Source of the DNA: an uncultured Vicinamibacterales bacterium
GTDB lineage: Bacteria; Acidobacteriota; Vicinamibacteria; Vicinamibacterales; JAKQTR01
Reading direction: 5' to 3'
NCBI GenBank assembly: GCA_964358795.1
Contig: CAYHRK010000001.1
Location: 1,432 to 65,431 of the forward strand
Length of the DNA: 64,000 bases
Below the pieces are notes generated by a model that did not search any database, was not told where the DNA came from, and saw nothing but the letters and a program-made list of their open reading frames with translations. Position 1 is the stretch's first letter. Each line of letters starts with the position of its first letter. Both the position numbers and the translations under genes were made by a program. Positions 48,911 through 58,577 of this stretch are shown here, piece after piece.

Positions 48911-49261
48911 ATGGGCCGAGTGATTCGCATTGTTGTCGTCGCTCTCGTGCTCTACGCCTGCTGGCACGCGGTGTCCGCACAATGGGAGTACCTGCAGTTC
49001 AAGGACGCGGTCGACCAGATCGCGCAATTCGGCGTGGACAAGGACCCGGACGACATCCGCGCGTCGGTGCTGAGCGCGGGGACCAAACTGCGCATCCCCG
49101 TCACCCCCGAACGGGTGGCCGTCCGCAAAGAGAGCGACCACCTGTACATCGACGTGGTCTACACGCGCCCGGTCGAGGTCCTGCCGCGCTACACCTACCC
49201 CTGGACCTTCACGGTGAACGCTCACGGCTGGTTCGTGCCAGGCGGGCAAATCAGGAAATAG
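48911..49261 (+). CDS. Small membrane-anchored hypothetical protein
   Basis: 116 aa. N-terminal TM helix (VIRIVVVALVLYACWHAV). Starts 2 nt after the lepB stop. No recognised domain. Confidence 0.55.
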   Translation: MGRVIRIVVVALVLYACWHAVSAQWEYLQFKDAVDQIAQFGVDKDPDDIRASVLSAGTKLRIPVTPERVAVRKESDHLYIDVVYTRPVEVLPRYTYPWTFTVNAHGWFVPGGQIRK

Positions 49262-50495
49262 GGACGCCGTTCTTGACGACCGTGCGAATCGCCGGCGTCC
49301 CGACCTTCAGCAGGTCCACGGCGTCACCGTCGATGATCACCGCGTCCAACTGTTTCCCCACCTCGAGACTGCCGACGCAGGTGTGACGGTCGATGGCGTA
49401 GGCGGCGTTGATGGTCGCGGCCACCAGGGCCTCTTCCAGCGTCATCTGCATGGCGAAACAGGCAAGGGCCATGGCAAACGGCATCGAGGGCGAAAAGCCG
49501 CCGCCTGGATTGAGATCGGTGCCAAGCGCCACGGGCACGGCGCCGGCAATCAGATCGCGCGCCGGGGCGTACCGACCGATTTTCAGGTAAAACGCCGCAA
49601 TCGGCAGCAGCGTCGCCACCACGCCCGCTTCCCTCAGGGCTTGAATGCCGCGCGGTGAGACGTACAAGAGGTGGTCGGCCGAACGCGCCTTGACCCTGGC
49701 TGCGACGAGCGACCCGCCGCTTTCGCCCAATTCGTCGGCGTGGATCCGGGCTTTCAGCCCATGCCGCTTGCCGGCTTCCAAGATCTCCTCGGACTCCTCA
49801 GGTGTATAGACGCCGGTCTCGCAGAACACGTCGCACCACTGGGCCAGGCCGTCGCGCGCGGCGGCGGGAATCATCTGGCGCACCAACTGGTCGATGTAGA
49901 AGCGCCGGTTGGCCCGATGCTCGGCTGGCACCTCATGAGCACCCATGAAGGTGGAGACCAGGTCGATCGGGTGCTCGTCGTGCACGCGCCGGATCACACG
50001 CAGCATCTTCAGCTCGGTCTCAGTATCGAGGCCGTAGCCGCTCTTGGCTTCGCAGGTGGTCGTGCCACAGTGCAGCATGCCGTCGAGGCGGGCACGCGTG
50101 GCGTCCACCAGCTCATCTTCGCTGGCCGCGCGCGTCGCGCGTACCGTCGACAGGATGCCACCGCCCTGGGCCGCGATCTCCGCGTAGCTGGCCCCTGCCA
50201 GCCGCCTTTGTAACTCGTCGCGGCGGTCGCCGCCGAACACCACGTGTGTGTGGGGATCGACCAGCCCGGGAATCACCGTGCAACCCGCCGCGTCAATCAC
50301 GCGAAAAGCGAGATCGGGAGGGTAACGCCGATCGCCTTCGCCGGCCGGCCCGGCAAACACGATTCTGCCGTCGACGGCCACGACCGAGGCGTGCTGGATG
50401 GGTCCGACATCGCCTTGCGCCGAGCCGCACCTGGGCGCGGTGCCGGCGCAGGTCAGCAGCAGACGGGCGTTGCGAATGATGATGGTCTCGCGCAT
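49251..50495 (-). CDS. hutI: Imidazolonepropionase (HutI family amidohydrolase)
   Basis: 414 aa from ATG at 50495 (MRETIIIRNARLL). Motifs GLVDPHTHVVFGGDR, KSGYGL, HADELGESGG, GTDLNPG. Confidence 0.8.
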   Translation of the reverse strand: MRETIIIRNARLLLTCAGTAPRCGSAQGDVGPIQHASVVAVDGRIVFAGPAGEGDRRYPPDLAFRVIDAAGCTVIPGLVDPHTHVVFGGDRRDELQRRLAGASYAEIAAQGGGILSTVRATRAASEDELVDATRARLDGMLHCGTTTCEAKSGYGLDTETELKMLRVIRRVHDEHPIDLVSTFMGAHEVPAEHRANRRFYIDQLVRQMIPAAARDGLAQWCDVFCETGVYTPEESEEILEAGKRHGLKARIHADELGESGGSLVAARVKARSADHLLYVSPRGIQALREAGVVATLLPIAAFYLKIGRYAPARDLIAGAVPVALGTDLNPGGGFSPSMPFAMALACFAMQMTLEEALVAATINAAYAIDRHTCVGSLEVGKQLDAVIIDGDAVDLLKVGTPAIRTVVKNGVPIS

Positions 50496-50517
50496 CGCTC
50501 GGGCGAGCAACGGCCGA

Positions 50518-51105
50518 TCAGGCGCGCCGTTCGACCGCCACCACATGGGGGGAGGCGTCGCGCTCGGTTCGGTCCTGCCCCCACAGCTGAGCGGGTTCCC
50601 GCGTGTCGGAGTGGCGCGGGCGGTGCAGCACGATTTTCTCTTCCCGTTCGCGCGCGTCCTGCTCGCGGACGAACTCGAGCGCGTTTCGGAGCGTTCCCAT
50701 GACCGACTCGACCGACGTTTCGACGTCGCGGCGCTTCATGCGCAATCCGTCGATCTCCCGCTGCACATCCTCGAGGCGACACTGGGCCTTCTCGAGAACC
50801 AGGCCCGCCCGTCCTTCGGCTTCCTTCACGATCGAGCCGGCGTGCTTCTGGGCGTTGTCCTTGATCTCGTCGGCCAGGCGCTGGGCCGTCAGCAGCGTGT
50901 TACGCAGGTTCCGCTCGTGCTCGCGGTGTTCGTTCACCTGGCCTTCCAGCCGCGCCACCTCCTGACGCAGACGGTCGGCTTCGCGCAGCGCCCCCTCGTA
51001 TTCCTCGGACACCTCGGTCAGGAACGCCACGACCTCGGACTTGTCGAATCCGCGCATCACGGTGCGGAAGTGCTGTTGACGCAGATCCAGTGGGGTGATA
51101 TTCAT
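50518..51105 (-). CDS. divIVA: DivIVA-domain cell-division/polarity protein
   Basis: 195 aa. N-terminal MNITPLDLRQQHFRTVMRGFDKSEVVAFL followed by coiled coil. SD AGGAG lies 5 nt upstream. Confidence 0.85.
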   Translation of the reverse strand: MNITPLDLRQQHFRTVMRGFDKSEVVAFLTEVSEEYEGALREADRLRQEVARLEGQVNEHREHERNLRNTLLTAQRLADEIKDNAQKHAGSIVKEAEGRAGLVLEKAQCRLEDVQREIDGLRMKRRDVETSVESVMGTLRNALEFVREQDAREREEKIVLHRPRHSDTREPAQLWGQDRTERDASPHVVAVERRA

Positions 51106-51119
51106 CGCTGCTCCTGTAC

Positions 51120-51223
51120 GCCTCGCCGAAGCTCATGGCCACGTGACGTGTCTACGTCCCCTTGAGCGAAGGCGGGTAAGCCTCGCCGAAGCTCATGGCC
51201 ACGTTCCAGTGAGCGAAGGCGGG
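51120..51223. repeat. Tandem direct repeat (two units, period 60 bp) in the yggS-divIVA spacer; each unit can fold as a hairpin
   Basis: A 25-bp exact repeat GCCTCGCCGAAGCTCATGGCCACGT at 51120-51144 and 51180-51204. A 14-bp exact repeat TGAGCGAAGGCGGG at 51163-51176 and 51210-51223. GCTCA/TGAGC and CGCC/GGCG are complementary within each unit. Confidence 0.85.
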
Positions 51224-51232
51224 CGAACGTTC

Positions 51233-51940
51233 CTAGCGCGTGCCGAACAGGGCGGTGCCCACGCGCACCAGCGTGGCGCCTTCTTCGACCGCCACCTCGA
51301 AGTCGTGGCTCATGCCCATCGACAGCTCCCGGAGCATCGACGACGGAATGCCACGGCCGGCCAGTTCGTCACGGATGTTCCGGAGACCCCTGAAAAACGG
51401 GCGGGCCCCTTCTGGATCCGGCGTGAACGGCGGCAGCACCATGAGTCCGACCACCCGCACGGCCCGGCAGGCCGCTGCCTCCTCGAAGATCGACGGCAAC
51501 GCCTCGGCCGTGGCGCCGAACTTGGTCGGTTCACCCGCCAGATCGACTTGAATCAGCACCTCGGGGTGATGATCGCCATGGACTGCAGCGGAATCCACCC
51601 GGCGCAGCAGGTCGCTGCTGGTCACCGAGTGAATGCACGCAAACGATTCAGCCGCCCGTCGGGCTTTGTTCGACTGCAGGTGGCCGACCAGATGCCACTT
51701 GATCGACATATCGGATGATAGGCCGATCTTCTCCAGGGCTTCCTGCAGCCGGTTTTCGCCAAACTCGGTCTGGCCGGCCGCGCGGGCGGCCCGGACATAT
51801 GCGATCGGGAAAGTCTTGGAAACCGCAATCAGGCGAATGGACGATGGTTCCCGGCCGGCCCGCGCCGCAGCGAGACCCAGCCGGGAACGAACAGCAGCGA
51901 GATTGGCGGCAATGGTGTCCTGGAGCGTCAAGGACTCCAC
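51233..51940 (-). CDS. yggS: PLP-binding homeostasis protein YggS/YlmE family
   Basis: 235 aa. Motifs LIAVSKTFP (PLP Lys), GENRLQE, HLVGHLQSNK, SMGMSHDFEVAVEEGAT. Confidence 0.9.
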   Translation of the reverse strand: MESLTLQDTIAANLAAVRSRLGLAAARAGREPSSIRLIAVSKTFPIAYVRAARAAGQTEFGENRLQEALEKIGLSSDMSIKWHLVGHLQSNKARRAAESFACIHSVTSSDLLRRVDSAAVHGDHHPEVLIQVDLAGEPTKFGATAEALPSIFEEAAACRAVRVVGLMVLPPFTPDPEGARPFFRGLRNIRDELAGRGIPSSMLRELSMGMSHDFEVAVEEGATLVRVGTALFGTR

Positions 51941-51946
51941 GGCGCC

Positions 51947-52930
51947 CTACTTCTTGATCTGCGTCAGGATACTCTTGGCCACCGCCGCAAACTGGCCTTC
52001 GGGAGCCAGCTGCAGGTACTTCTCGAACATGGCAGCGGCTTCCGGCATCTTGCCCTCGTTGAGCAGCGCCATGCCGAGCTGGTAATGCGCGTCGGCATGA
52101 TCCGGCTTCAACTCGATCACCTTTAGGAAGTGCTGCTTGGCGTCGGCGATCTGCCCGGCGTTCCAGTGGATGACGCCCTGGTTGTACTCGGCATCCACGC
52201 CTCCAGATCCACCTGGCGCCGCGCCGCTCGCCGCGGCCAGCTCCGCCGCTTTGGCGCCCATCTCGCCCGCCTTGTCGAATTTCTTCTGGGCGTTGTAGAC
52301 CGTGGCGAGGCCGTTGTAGGCGTCCACGTAGGTCGGCTTCAACTCGATGGCCTTGTTGAACGCCGCCTCAGCCAGGTCGTACTCCTTCTTCTGGCTCTGC
52401 GCGTAGCCGATGTTGTAGTAGCAGTCGTAGCAGCTCGGTACCAGGCCGACCGCTTCGGTAAACTTCGCGATCGCCTCATCGAAATTGCCGGCCTTGCTCG
52501 CCGCCACGCCATCGTCGAATGCCTTCTTCAACGCGACCGCCTTGGCGGCTTCCTCCTTGCTGATGCCGGGCGCGCCGGCGGCACCGCCCCCCAGCACGAA
52601 GTTCACCACGGCCGGGTCACCAAGACGGATGCGGACCGTGAATGTCTGGCTGCCCAGCGCTTCGAACGACGCCGTCACCTTGTAGCTGCCGGGCTGCAGT
52701 CCAATCTGGATGAACTCGCCCTTCTTGTTGGTCTTGACGTCGTACTTGCGGTTGATGCCATCGGCGTACTCGATGACGACCGCGGCCTTGTCAATCGGCT
52801 TGGCGGCACCATCAACGACTTTGCCTTTGACCGAACCCGTCTGGGCGGACGCAGGGGACGCGATCGCGAAGGCTGCACACGCGAGCAGGCTGACGACCAG
52901 CAGGCGGCGGCCGAAGAAGAGGCGAAGCAT
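51947..52930 (-). CDS. Secreted TPR-repeat protein with N-terminal carboxypeptidase-regulatory-like beta domain
   Basis: 327 aa. Signal peptide with an ASA-Q cleavage motif. GSVKGKVVDG...GSYKVTA beta-sandwich-like segment, then several TPR-like repeats (YNIGYAQSQKKEYDLAEAAFNKAIELKP and similar). Confidence 0.75.
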   Translation of the reverse strand: MLRLFFGRRLLVVSLLACAAFAIASPASAQTGSVKGKVVDGAAKPIDKAAVVIEYADGINRKYDVKTNKKGEFIQIGLQPGSYKVTASFEALGSQTFTVRIRLGDPAVVNFVLGGGAAGAPGISKEEAAKAVALKKAFDDGVAASKAGNFDEAIAKFTEAVGLVPSCYDCYYNIGYAQSQKKEYDLAEAAFNKAIELKPTYVDAYNGLATVYNAQKKFDKAGEMGAKAAELAAASGAAPGGSGGVDAEYNQGVIHWNAGQIADAKQHFLKVIELKPDHADAHYQLGMALLNEGKMPEAAAMFEKYLQLAPEGQFAAVAKSILTQIKK

Positions 52931-53070
52931 TGGCGCTCCTCGGTAACAGATAAACGATGAATACAGGTGAAAAGAACTCGACCGACCACACGCCGATCGG
53001 CGTTCAGTTTACACCCAAACCTCTGGCAGACGCGAACGGCATGTCCTGGATGAGCCCCGACAGAGGCGCC

Positions 53071-55068
53071 TTACTCCCGGTTGAAAAACAGTCCGATTTC
53101 GTTGATATCGTGGGTGATCGGCGCCGGCGGCAACGAGGCCAGAAACCTGCGTCCGTAGGGCATCGTGCGCAGGCGAGGATCCAGGATCGCCAGCACGCCC
53201 CGATCGCGCCGATGGCGCAGCAGCCGGCCCAGGCCCTGAAGCAGGCTCAGCACGGCCAGCGGCACCTGCAGGCCGGCGAACGCGTCCTCGCCACGGGCGG
53301 TCAGGGCCTCGATGCGAGCCGCTATCACCGGATCGCCCGGCGAAGCAAACGGCAAGCGGTCGATGATGACGCAACTGAGCGCCTCGCCCACCACGTCCAC
53401 ACCCTGCCAAAAACTGGACGTGGCGAACAGGACGGCGTGCGGGGTCGACCGGAACTGCTTCACCAGCGTCGACCGGGGCGCGGTGCCCTGCACCAGGATC
53501 GGGTAGTCGAGCGCCGCCTCCACCACGGGCAGGACCGCGCGCATCACGGCGTAGCTGGTAAACAGAACAAACGCGCGGCCCTTCGTGCGTGTCAGGATCT
53601 CCACGATCTCGCGGGCGGCGGCGCCGGGAAACGCCGGCGTCTTGGGCGACGGCATGCGCGGCGGCAGATACAGGATGGCCTGCTCGGCGTAGTTGAACTC
53701 GGACGGCAGCTGGATTTCGACGGCCCGCTCGATGCCCAGCCGCCCGCGAATGTACTCGAACGATCCTTCGACGGCCAGCGTGGCCGACGTCAGCACTGTG
53801 GCCGAAAACCGGTCGAGCAACAGATGCCGGACCAGCGTCGACACATCGATTGGTGCGGCCCGCAGGAACACCCCGCGACCACGCCATTCGAGGAAAAACA
53901 CGTAGTCGCGGTCGCCGGCCGACAACAGGAAGCGCAGGTCGTCGCGTAGTTCACCAGCCCGCCGTCCGATGGCACGCAGATCCTCTGGCGCCTCGGTGAT
54001 GAGCGCGATGGTGGCCTCCAGTGCATCGACGGCGTCGATCAGATGGCCGCCTGATTCAATGGCCGGCTCCAGCATGCCGGGCTGAAGACGCACCCGCTCT
54101 TCGCCGACGCCGGCGGCCGAGGCCGCCAGCGCGCCCGGCGTGTGTCTCGCCAGGATGAGGTTCGCGAAAAACAGGTCCCCGTGATCGTCAACCCGGCTGG
54201 CGGCCCGGCGAAGCTCGGCCGTGTGGTCTGCAGGAGGCTCGGCGGCCATCACACGGTCGAAATCGCGGACCAGTTCATCGATCCGGTAGTTGCTGACCGA
54301 GAAGCCAAAGTACTGCGTGGCGACATCCTCGAGCTGGTGCGCCTCATCGATCACCGCAGAGGCACATTCGGGAATCACCTCGCCGTACGTGCTCTGGCGA
54401 ACGGCCGCGTCGGCGCACATGAGATGGTGGTTCACAATCACAATGTCCGACTGGGCCGCGCGCTGGCGCATCTGCGTGACGAAACACGCGTCGTAGTCGG
54501 GACACTGGGCGCCGAGGCAGGTGTCGGCCGAGGCCGACATGTCGTTCCAGAGCGGCACGTCCTCCGGAAGATCCTCCAGTTCGGCCCGATCGCCGGTGCT
54601 CGTGCCAGCCACCCAGTCCTCCACCATGCGGAGGTACACGCGATCGGCAGGCGATCCGGCGTCAGGATTGTCCTTCAGCGCGTCGAAGCGATGGAGGCAC
54701 AGATAGTTGCTGCGGCCCTTCATGTAGGTGGCGGTGAAGGGCACACCAAGCGCCTCGCGCAACACGGGCAGGTCTTTGAAGTAGATCTGTTCCTGGAGAT
54801 TCTTCGTGCCGGTCGAGACCAGGACGCGCTGACGGCTCAAAATCGCCGGGACCAGGTACGCCAGCGTCTTGCCCGTGCCGGTGCCGGCTTCGGCCAGCAA
54901 CACCCCGCTGCGGATGAAGACGCGAGCCACGGCCGCAGCCATGTCGCGCTGCCCGGGCCTCGGCTCGAACTCGGGTACGGCCCGGGCCAGAGGGCCTTCG
55001 TCCTCGAACACGAGGTCGACGGCCGCCGCTAGATCAGCTTGTCCGGATAGAGCGGGAACGTCCTGCAC
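53071..55068 (-). CDS. dinG: ATP-dependent DNA helicase, DinG/XPD (Rad3) family
   Basis: 665 aa. Walker [16 protein letters not shown] box ([10 protein letters not shown]), a Cys cluster (CLHRF...[12 protein letters not shown]) consistent with an Fe-S domain, and the C-terminal [14 protein letters not shown] at 55068 overlaps the glyA 3' end by 40 nt, so the start is uncertain. Confidence 0.8.
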   Translation of the reverse strand: MQDVPALSGQADLAAAVDLVFEDEGPLARAVPEFEPRPGQRDMAAAVARVFIRSGVLLAEAGTGTGKTLAYLVPAILSRQRVLVSTGTKNLQEQIYFKDLPVLREALGVPFTATYMKGRSNYLCLHRFDALKDNPDAGSPADRVYLRMVEDWVAGTSTGDRAELEDLPEDVPLWNDMSASADTCLGAQCPDYDACFVTQMRQRAAQSDIVIVNHHLMCADAAVRQSTYGEVIPECASAVIDEAHQLEDVATQYFGFSVSNYRIDELVRDFDRVMAAEPPADHTAELRRAASRVDDHGDLFFANLILARHTPGALAASAAGVGEERVRLQPGMLEPAIESGGHLIDAVDALEATIALITEAPEDLRAIGRRAGELRDDLRFLLSAGDRDYVFFLEWRGRGVFLRAAPIDVSTLVRHLLLDRFSATVLTSATLAVEGSFEYIRGRLGIERAVEIQLPSEFNYAEQAILYLPPRMPSPKTPAFPGAAAREIVEILTRTKGRAFVLFTSYAVMRAVLPVVEAALDYPILVQGTAPRSTLVKQFRSTPHAVLFATSSFWQGVDVVGEALSCVIIDRLPFASPGDPVIAARIEALTARGEDAFAGLQVPLAVLSLLQGLGRLLRHRRDRGVLAILDPRLRTMPYGRRFLASLPPAPITHDINEIGLFFNRE

Positions 55069-56300
55069 AGAGCTTCCACTTCGGTCCGCACCATGGCCTG
55101 GACCCGATCGTCATCGGGAGCGGCCAGCACGCGCGCGATGAGGCCGCCGATGATCTCCATCTCCGGTTCCCGCATGCCACGCGTGGTGACGGCCGGGGTA
55201 CCGATGCGGATACCGCTTGCGACAAGAGGCGGGTTCTGATCGAACGGAATGGTGTTCTGGTTCACCGTGATGCCGGCCTTGCCCAGCGCGGTTGTGGCGG
55301 CCTTGCCGGTGACGCCCTTCGAGAACACATCGACCAGCATCAAGTGGTTGTCGGTCCCGCCCGACACCAGCCGGAAGCTGTGCGACGCGATCACCGACGC
55401 CAGCCGGGCGGCGTTGTCGACAATCTGCTGCTGGTAGGCCGCGAAGGCCGGCTCGGCCGCCTCTTTGAAACAGACGGCCTTGGCGGCGATGATGTGCACC
55501 AGCGGACCACCCTGCACGCCGGGAAAGACGCTGCGGTCGAGGTCTTTGGCGTACCGCTCCTGGCACAGCACCAGGCCGGCCCGAGGCCCGCGCAGGGTCT
55601 TGTGCGTGGTCGTGGTGACGAAATCGGAATGGGGCACCGGGCTTGGATGCACGCCGGCAGCCACCAGGCCGGCGATGTGCGCCATGTCGGTCACCATGGC
55701 CGCCCCCACCGCGGAGGCCACCTGGCGGATGCGCGCGAAGTCGATCACGCGCGAATAGGCGCTGGCGCCCACCATGATCATCTTTGGCTTGTGCTCGTGC
55801 GCCAGCCGTTCCAGGTCGTCGTAGTCGAGGCGCTCGTCGTCTTTCCGGACACCGTACGCGACAATGGTGTAGAGCTTGCCCGAGAAATTCAGGGGATGGC
55901 CGTGCGTGAGATGGCCGCCGTGCGACAGATTCATGCCGAGCACCGTGTCGCCCGGCTTCAGCAGCGTGAAGTACACCGCCATGTTGGCCTGCGCGCCCGA
56001 GTGCGGCTGCACGTTGGCGTGCTCGGCGCCAAACAGCGCCTTGGCGCGGTCGATGGCCAACCGTTCGACCACATCGGTGCACTCGCATCCGCCGTAGTAG
56101 CGGCGGCCCGGATAGCCTTCGGCGTACTTGTTGGTGAACACCGATCCGGCCGCTTCCAGCACGGCCTGGCTGACGAAGTTCTCGGAGGCAATCAACTCGA
56201 GCCCAGACGCCTGGCGGTTCACTTCGTTGCGGATGGCATCGGCGATATCGGGATCGACCTCACGCAGGCTGCGGCGATGGGCGGCGACGGTGCTGCCCAT
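55029..56300 (-). CDS. glyA: Serine hydroxymethyltransferase
   Basis: 423 aa from ATG at 56300 ([23 protein letters not shown]). Motifs [31 protein letters not shown] (PLP Lys). Confidence 0.95.
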   Translation of the reverse strand: MGSTVAAHRRSLREVDPDIADAIRNEVNRQASGLELIASENFVSQAVLEAAGSVFTNKYAEGYPGRRYYGGCECTDVVERLAIDRAKALFGAEHANVQPHSGAQANMAVYFTLLKPGDTVLGMNLSHGGHLTHGHPLNFSGKLYTIVAYGVRKDDERLDYDDLERLAHEHKPKMIMVGASAYSRVIDFARIRQVASAVGAAMVTDMAHIAGLVAAGVHPSPVPHSDFVTTTTHKTLRGPRAGLVLCQERYAKDLDRSVFPGVQGGPLVHIIAAKAVCFKEAAEPAFAAYQQQIVDNAARLASVIASHSFRLVSGGTDNHLMLVDVFSKGVTGKAATTALGKAGITVNQNTIPFDQNPPLVASGIRIGTPAVTTRGMREPEMEIIGGLIARVLAAPDDDRVQAMVRTEVEALCRTFPLYPDKLI

Positions 56301-56302
56301 GA

Positions 56303-56749
56303 TCAGGAGTCCTCGCGTTCGAGCCGGGCGATCTTCTCGAGACGCCGATCGTGACGGCCGCCTTCGTACTCGGTCGTCAGAAACGCGCGCACCATATCCA
56401 TGGCTCGGTCGGCTGGCGTCGTGCGTCCGCCCAGAGCCATGATGTTCGCGTTGTTGTGGGCCCGGCTGAAGCGTGCGCTCGACTCGTCCCACACGGCCGC
56501 GGCGCGCACGCCACGGATCTTGTTGGCGGCCATGGCCATGCCAATGCCGGTGCCGCACACGAGGATGCCGCGATCGGCGCCGCCGTCGACCACCGCATGC
56601 GACACGGCTGCGGCCAGGTCGGGATAGTCGACTGACGCGGTGGACGCCGATCCGAAGTCCTCGTACGGGATGCGCAACTGGTCCAGCAGGGCCTTGATGG
56701 TTTCCTTGAGGTCGAACCCGGCGTGATCGGAACCGATGGCGACGCGCAC
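56303..56749 (-). CDS. rpiB: Ribose-5-phosphate isomerase B
   Basis: 148 aa from GTG at 56749 ([15 protein letters not shown]). Motifs [17 protein letters not shown] and [12 protein letters not shown]. Confidence 0.85.
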   Translation of the reverse strand: MRVAIGSDHAGFDLKETIKALLDQLRIPYEDFGSASTASVDYPDLAAAVSHAVVDGGADRGILVCGTGIGMAMAANKIRGVRAAAVWDESSARFSRAHNNANIMALGGRTTPADRAMDMVRAFLTTEYEGGRHDRRLEKIARLEREDS

Positions 56750-56788
56750 GATCCGTGATTCTACTCGATTTCCACGGCCGGATTGCGC

Positions 56789-57994
56789 ATGATGGAAGGT
56801 CGGAAGGCGGCAGAGACCGTGACCACACAGAACGTCCCGCACGTCGTCGTCAGCAGCCGGGGTGAAGAACGGCTGCGCGGCGGACATCCCTGGATCTATC
56901 GCGCCGATGTGGCCGACATTCGTGCGGCAGGCGGCGACACGGTGGCCGTGCTGAACCCGCGCGGTCGGATCATCGGGCGCGCGCTCTACAGTCAACAGTC
57001 CCAGATCGCGTTACGGTTGCTCGTGATTGGCGAGGCGGCCGCCGGTCTGGACCTGTGGCGCACGAGACTGCAGGCCGCCATCGCGTTTCGCGAGAGCCTG
57101 AGGATCGATGCGACCGCGTACAGGCTGGTGCACGGCGAGGCCGACCTGCTGCCGTCGCTCGTGGTGGATCGGTACGACCGGCACGTGGTGGTGCAGGCGC
57201 TCTCGCAGGGCGTGGAGCGGCTCCTGCCCGACATCGTGGCCATGCTGACCGCCGCACTGTCGCCGGCCGGAATCCTGGCGCGCCATGACGTGCGCGTGCG
57301 CCATCTCGAGGGGCTCGACGCGGGCGTCACGCTGCTGGCGGGCGAGGTGCCCGCGCAGGTGACCGTGCGCGAGGGGCGCATCGAGCACATGGTGGACCTG
57401 TGGAAGGGCCAGAAGACGGGGCTCTTCCTCGACCAGCGCGAAAACCGGATCGCCGCGCGTCAGTATGCGCGAGGGCGGATGCTCGACGGCTTCAGCTACC
57501 ACGGAGCCTTCGCCCTGCAACTGGCTGACCTGTGCGACGAGGTGATCGCCCTGGACGTGTCGGAAGAGGCGGTGGCTCAGATCGGCCGCAATGCGCAGCG
57601 CAACGGCATCACCAACGTGCAGGCGCGGTGCGTAAACGTGTTTGACGAGCTTCGAACGCTCGAACGCGCTGGCGAGCGATTCGACACCGTGGTGCTCGAC
57701 CCGCCGGCCTTCGCGAAGAACAAGGATGCCGTCGAGAAGGCCTACGCCGGGTACAAGGAGATCAACCTGCGTGCGCTGAAGTTGCTTCGGCCTGGCGGCA
57801 CCCTCGTCACCTGCAGCTGTTCGTACCACATCGATGAAGCCACCTTCGGTCAGATCGTCTACGACGCCGCCGTTGATGCGCGGACCCGGGTGATGGTGGT
57901 CGAGAAACGGATGCAAGCGCGGGATCATCCCGTGCTGCTGGGCATGCCGGAGTCGTACTACCTGAAGTGTTTCATTCTCCGGAAAATGGGCTAG
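56789..57994 (+). CDS. rlmI: Class I SAM-dependent 23S rRNA m5C methyltransferase (RlmI family, PUA + MTase)
   Basis: About 401 aa from ATG at 56789 (track start is TTG at 56783). Motifs [52 protein letters not shown]. Confidence 0.8.
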   Translation: MMEGRKAAETVTTQNVPHVVVSSRGEERLRGGHPWIYRADVADIRAAGGDTVAVLNPRGRIIGRALYSQQSQIALRLLVIGEAAAGLDLWRTRLQAAIAFRESLRIDATAYRLVHGEADLLPSLVVDRYDRHVVVQALSQGVERLLPDIVAMLTAALSPAGILARHDVRVRHLEGLDAGVTLLAGEVPAQVTVREGRIEHMVDLWKGQKTGLFLDQRENRIAARQYARGRMLDGFSYHGAFALQLADLCDEVIALDVSEEAVAQIGRNAQRNGITNVQARCVNVFDELRTLERAGERFDTVVLDPPAFAKNKDAVEKAYAGYKEINLRALKLLRPGGTLVTCSCSYHIDEATFGQIVYDAAVDARTRVMVVEKRMQARDHPVLLGMPESYYLKCFILRKMG

Positions 57995-58560
57995 CGCGGG
58001 GGACTGGCTACGCGGCCGGGCGCGGCCACAATCTGGATCACGGTGGGAAAGCTGGCAGGTGAGGCGCCCGGCTTCGGGTTGGCATAGCCGATGCCGCCAC
58101 CCCACATGTAGTCCTTGATGGTGACGCCTGGCGGAAACGCCACGTCCGTGTCTTTGTACTTGCCCACGTCAAACGTATGCGTGGGTGGCTCCTCGAAGAC
58201 CAGTTCGCCTTTGTTGGCCAAGACGGTTCGGTAGTACGCCACGAGCTCCGCAAAGCTCTGGCGTGCGCCAAACAAGTAGAAACGCTGGCCGCGGCCGGCG
58301 TCATACGAGCCAAGGTACTGCGCGGTCGGAAAGACGGGCATGCCCAGCGTGGCTGCCGTCGGAGCCGCTTCGGCGGACGCGACGGCCGGTGCCGGAGGGT
58401 TCTGTGCCGGCGGCGGTGTCGCTGGTTGAGCCGGCTTGGCTCCAGCGACTGGCGGCGGAGGTTGCGGCCGAGCCACAGGAGGCTGCGCTGATGATGCCAC
58501 CTGAGCGCCCGCCAGAAACAGAACCACGACCGGCACGCCGACGATCAAAGCCTGGAACAT
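57991..58560 (-). CDS. Secreted hypothetical protein with Pro/Ala-rich linker
   Basis: 189 aa from ATG at 58560 (MFQALIVGVPVVVLFLAGAQVASSAQ). Signal-peptide-like N-terminus, a PPPPVAGAKPAQPATPPPAQNPPAP linker, and a ~110-aa C-terminal domain that is not recognised. Confidence 0.6.
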   Translation of the reverse strand: MFQALIVGVPVVVLFLAGAQVASSAQPPVARPQPPPPVAGAKPAQPATPPPAQNPPAPAVASAEAAPTAATLGMPVFPTAQYLGSYDAGRGQRFYLFGARQSFAELVAYYRTVLANKGELVFEEPPTHTFDVGKYKDTDVAFPPGVTIKDYMWGGGIGYANPKPGASPASFPTVIQIVAAPGRVASPPR

Positions 58561-58577
58561 GTCAGCATTATATAGAC
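58561..58577. promoter_or_regulatory. 17-bp AT-rich divergent spacer with -10-like hexamers facing both flanking ATG codons (possible leaderless transcripts)
   Basis: Plus strand reads GTCAGCATTATATAGAC. On the minus strand a perfect TATAAT (58572-58567) is followed by 6 nt and then the ATG at 58560. On the plus strand ATTATA (58567-58572) is followed by 5 nt and then the ATG at 58578. Confidence 0.4.

Noticed and set aside
51120-51223. CRISPR array
   Set aside because: There are only two repeat units, the intervening sequences are themselves partly repeated, and no cas genes are present in the window.
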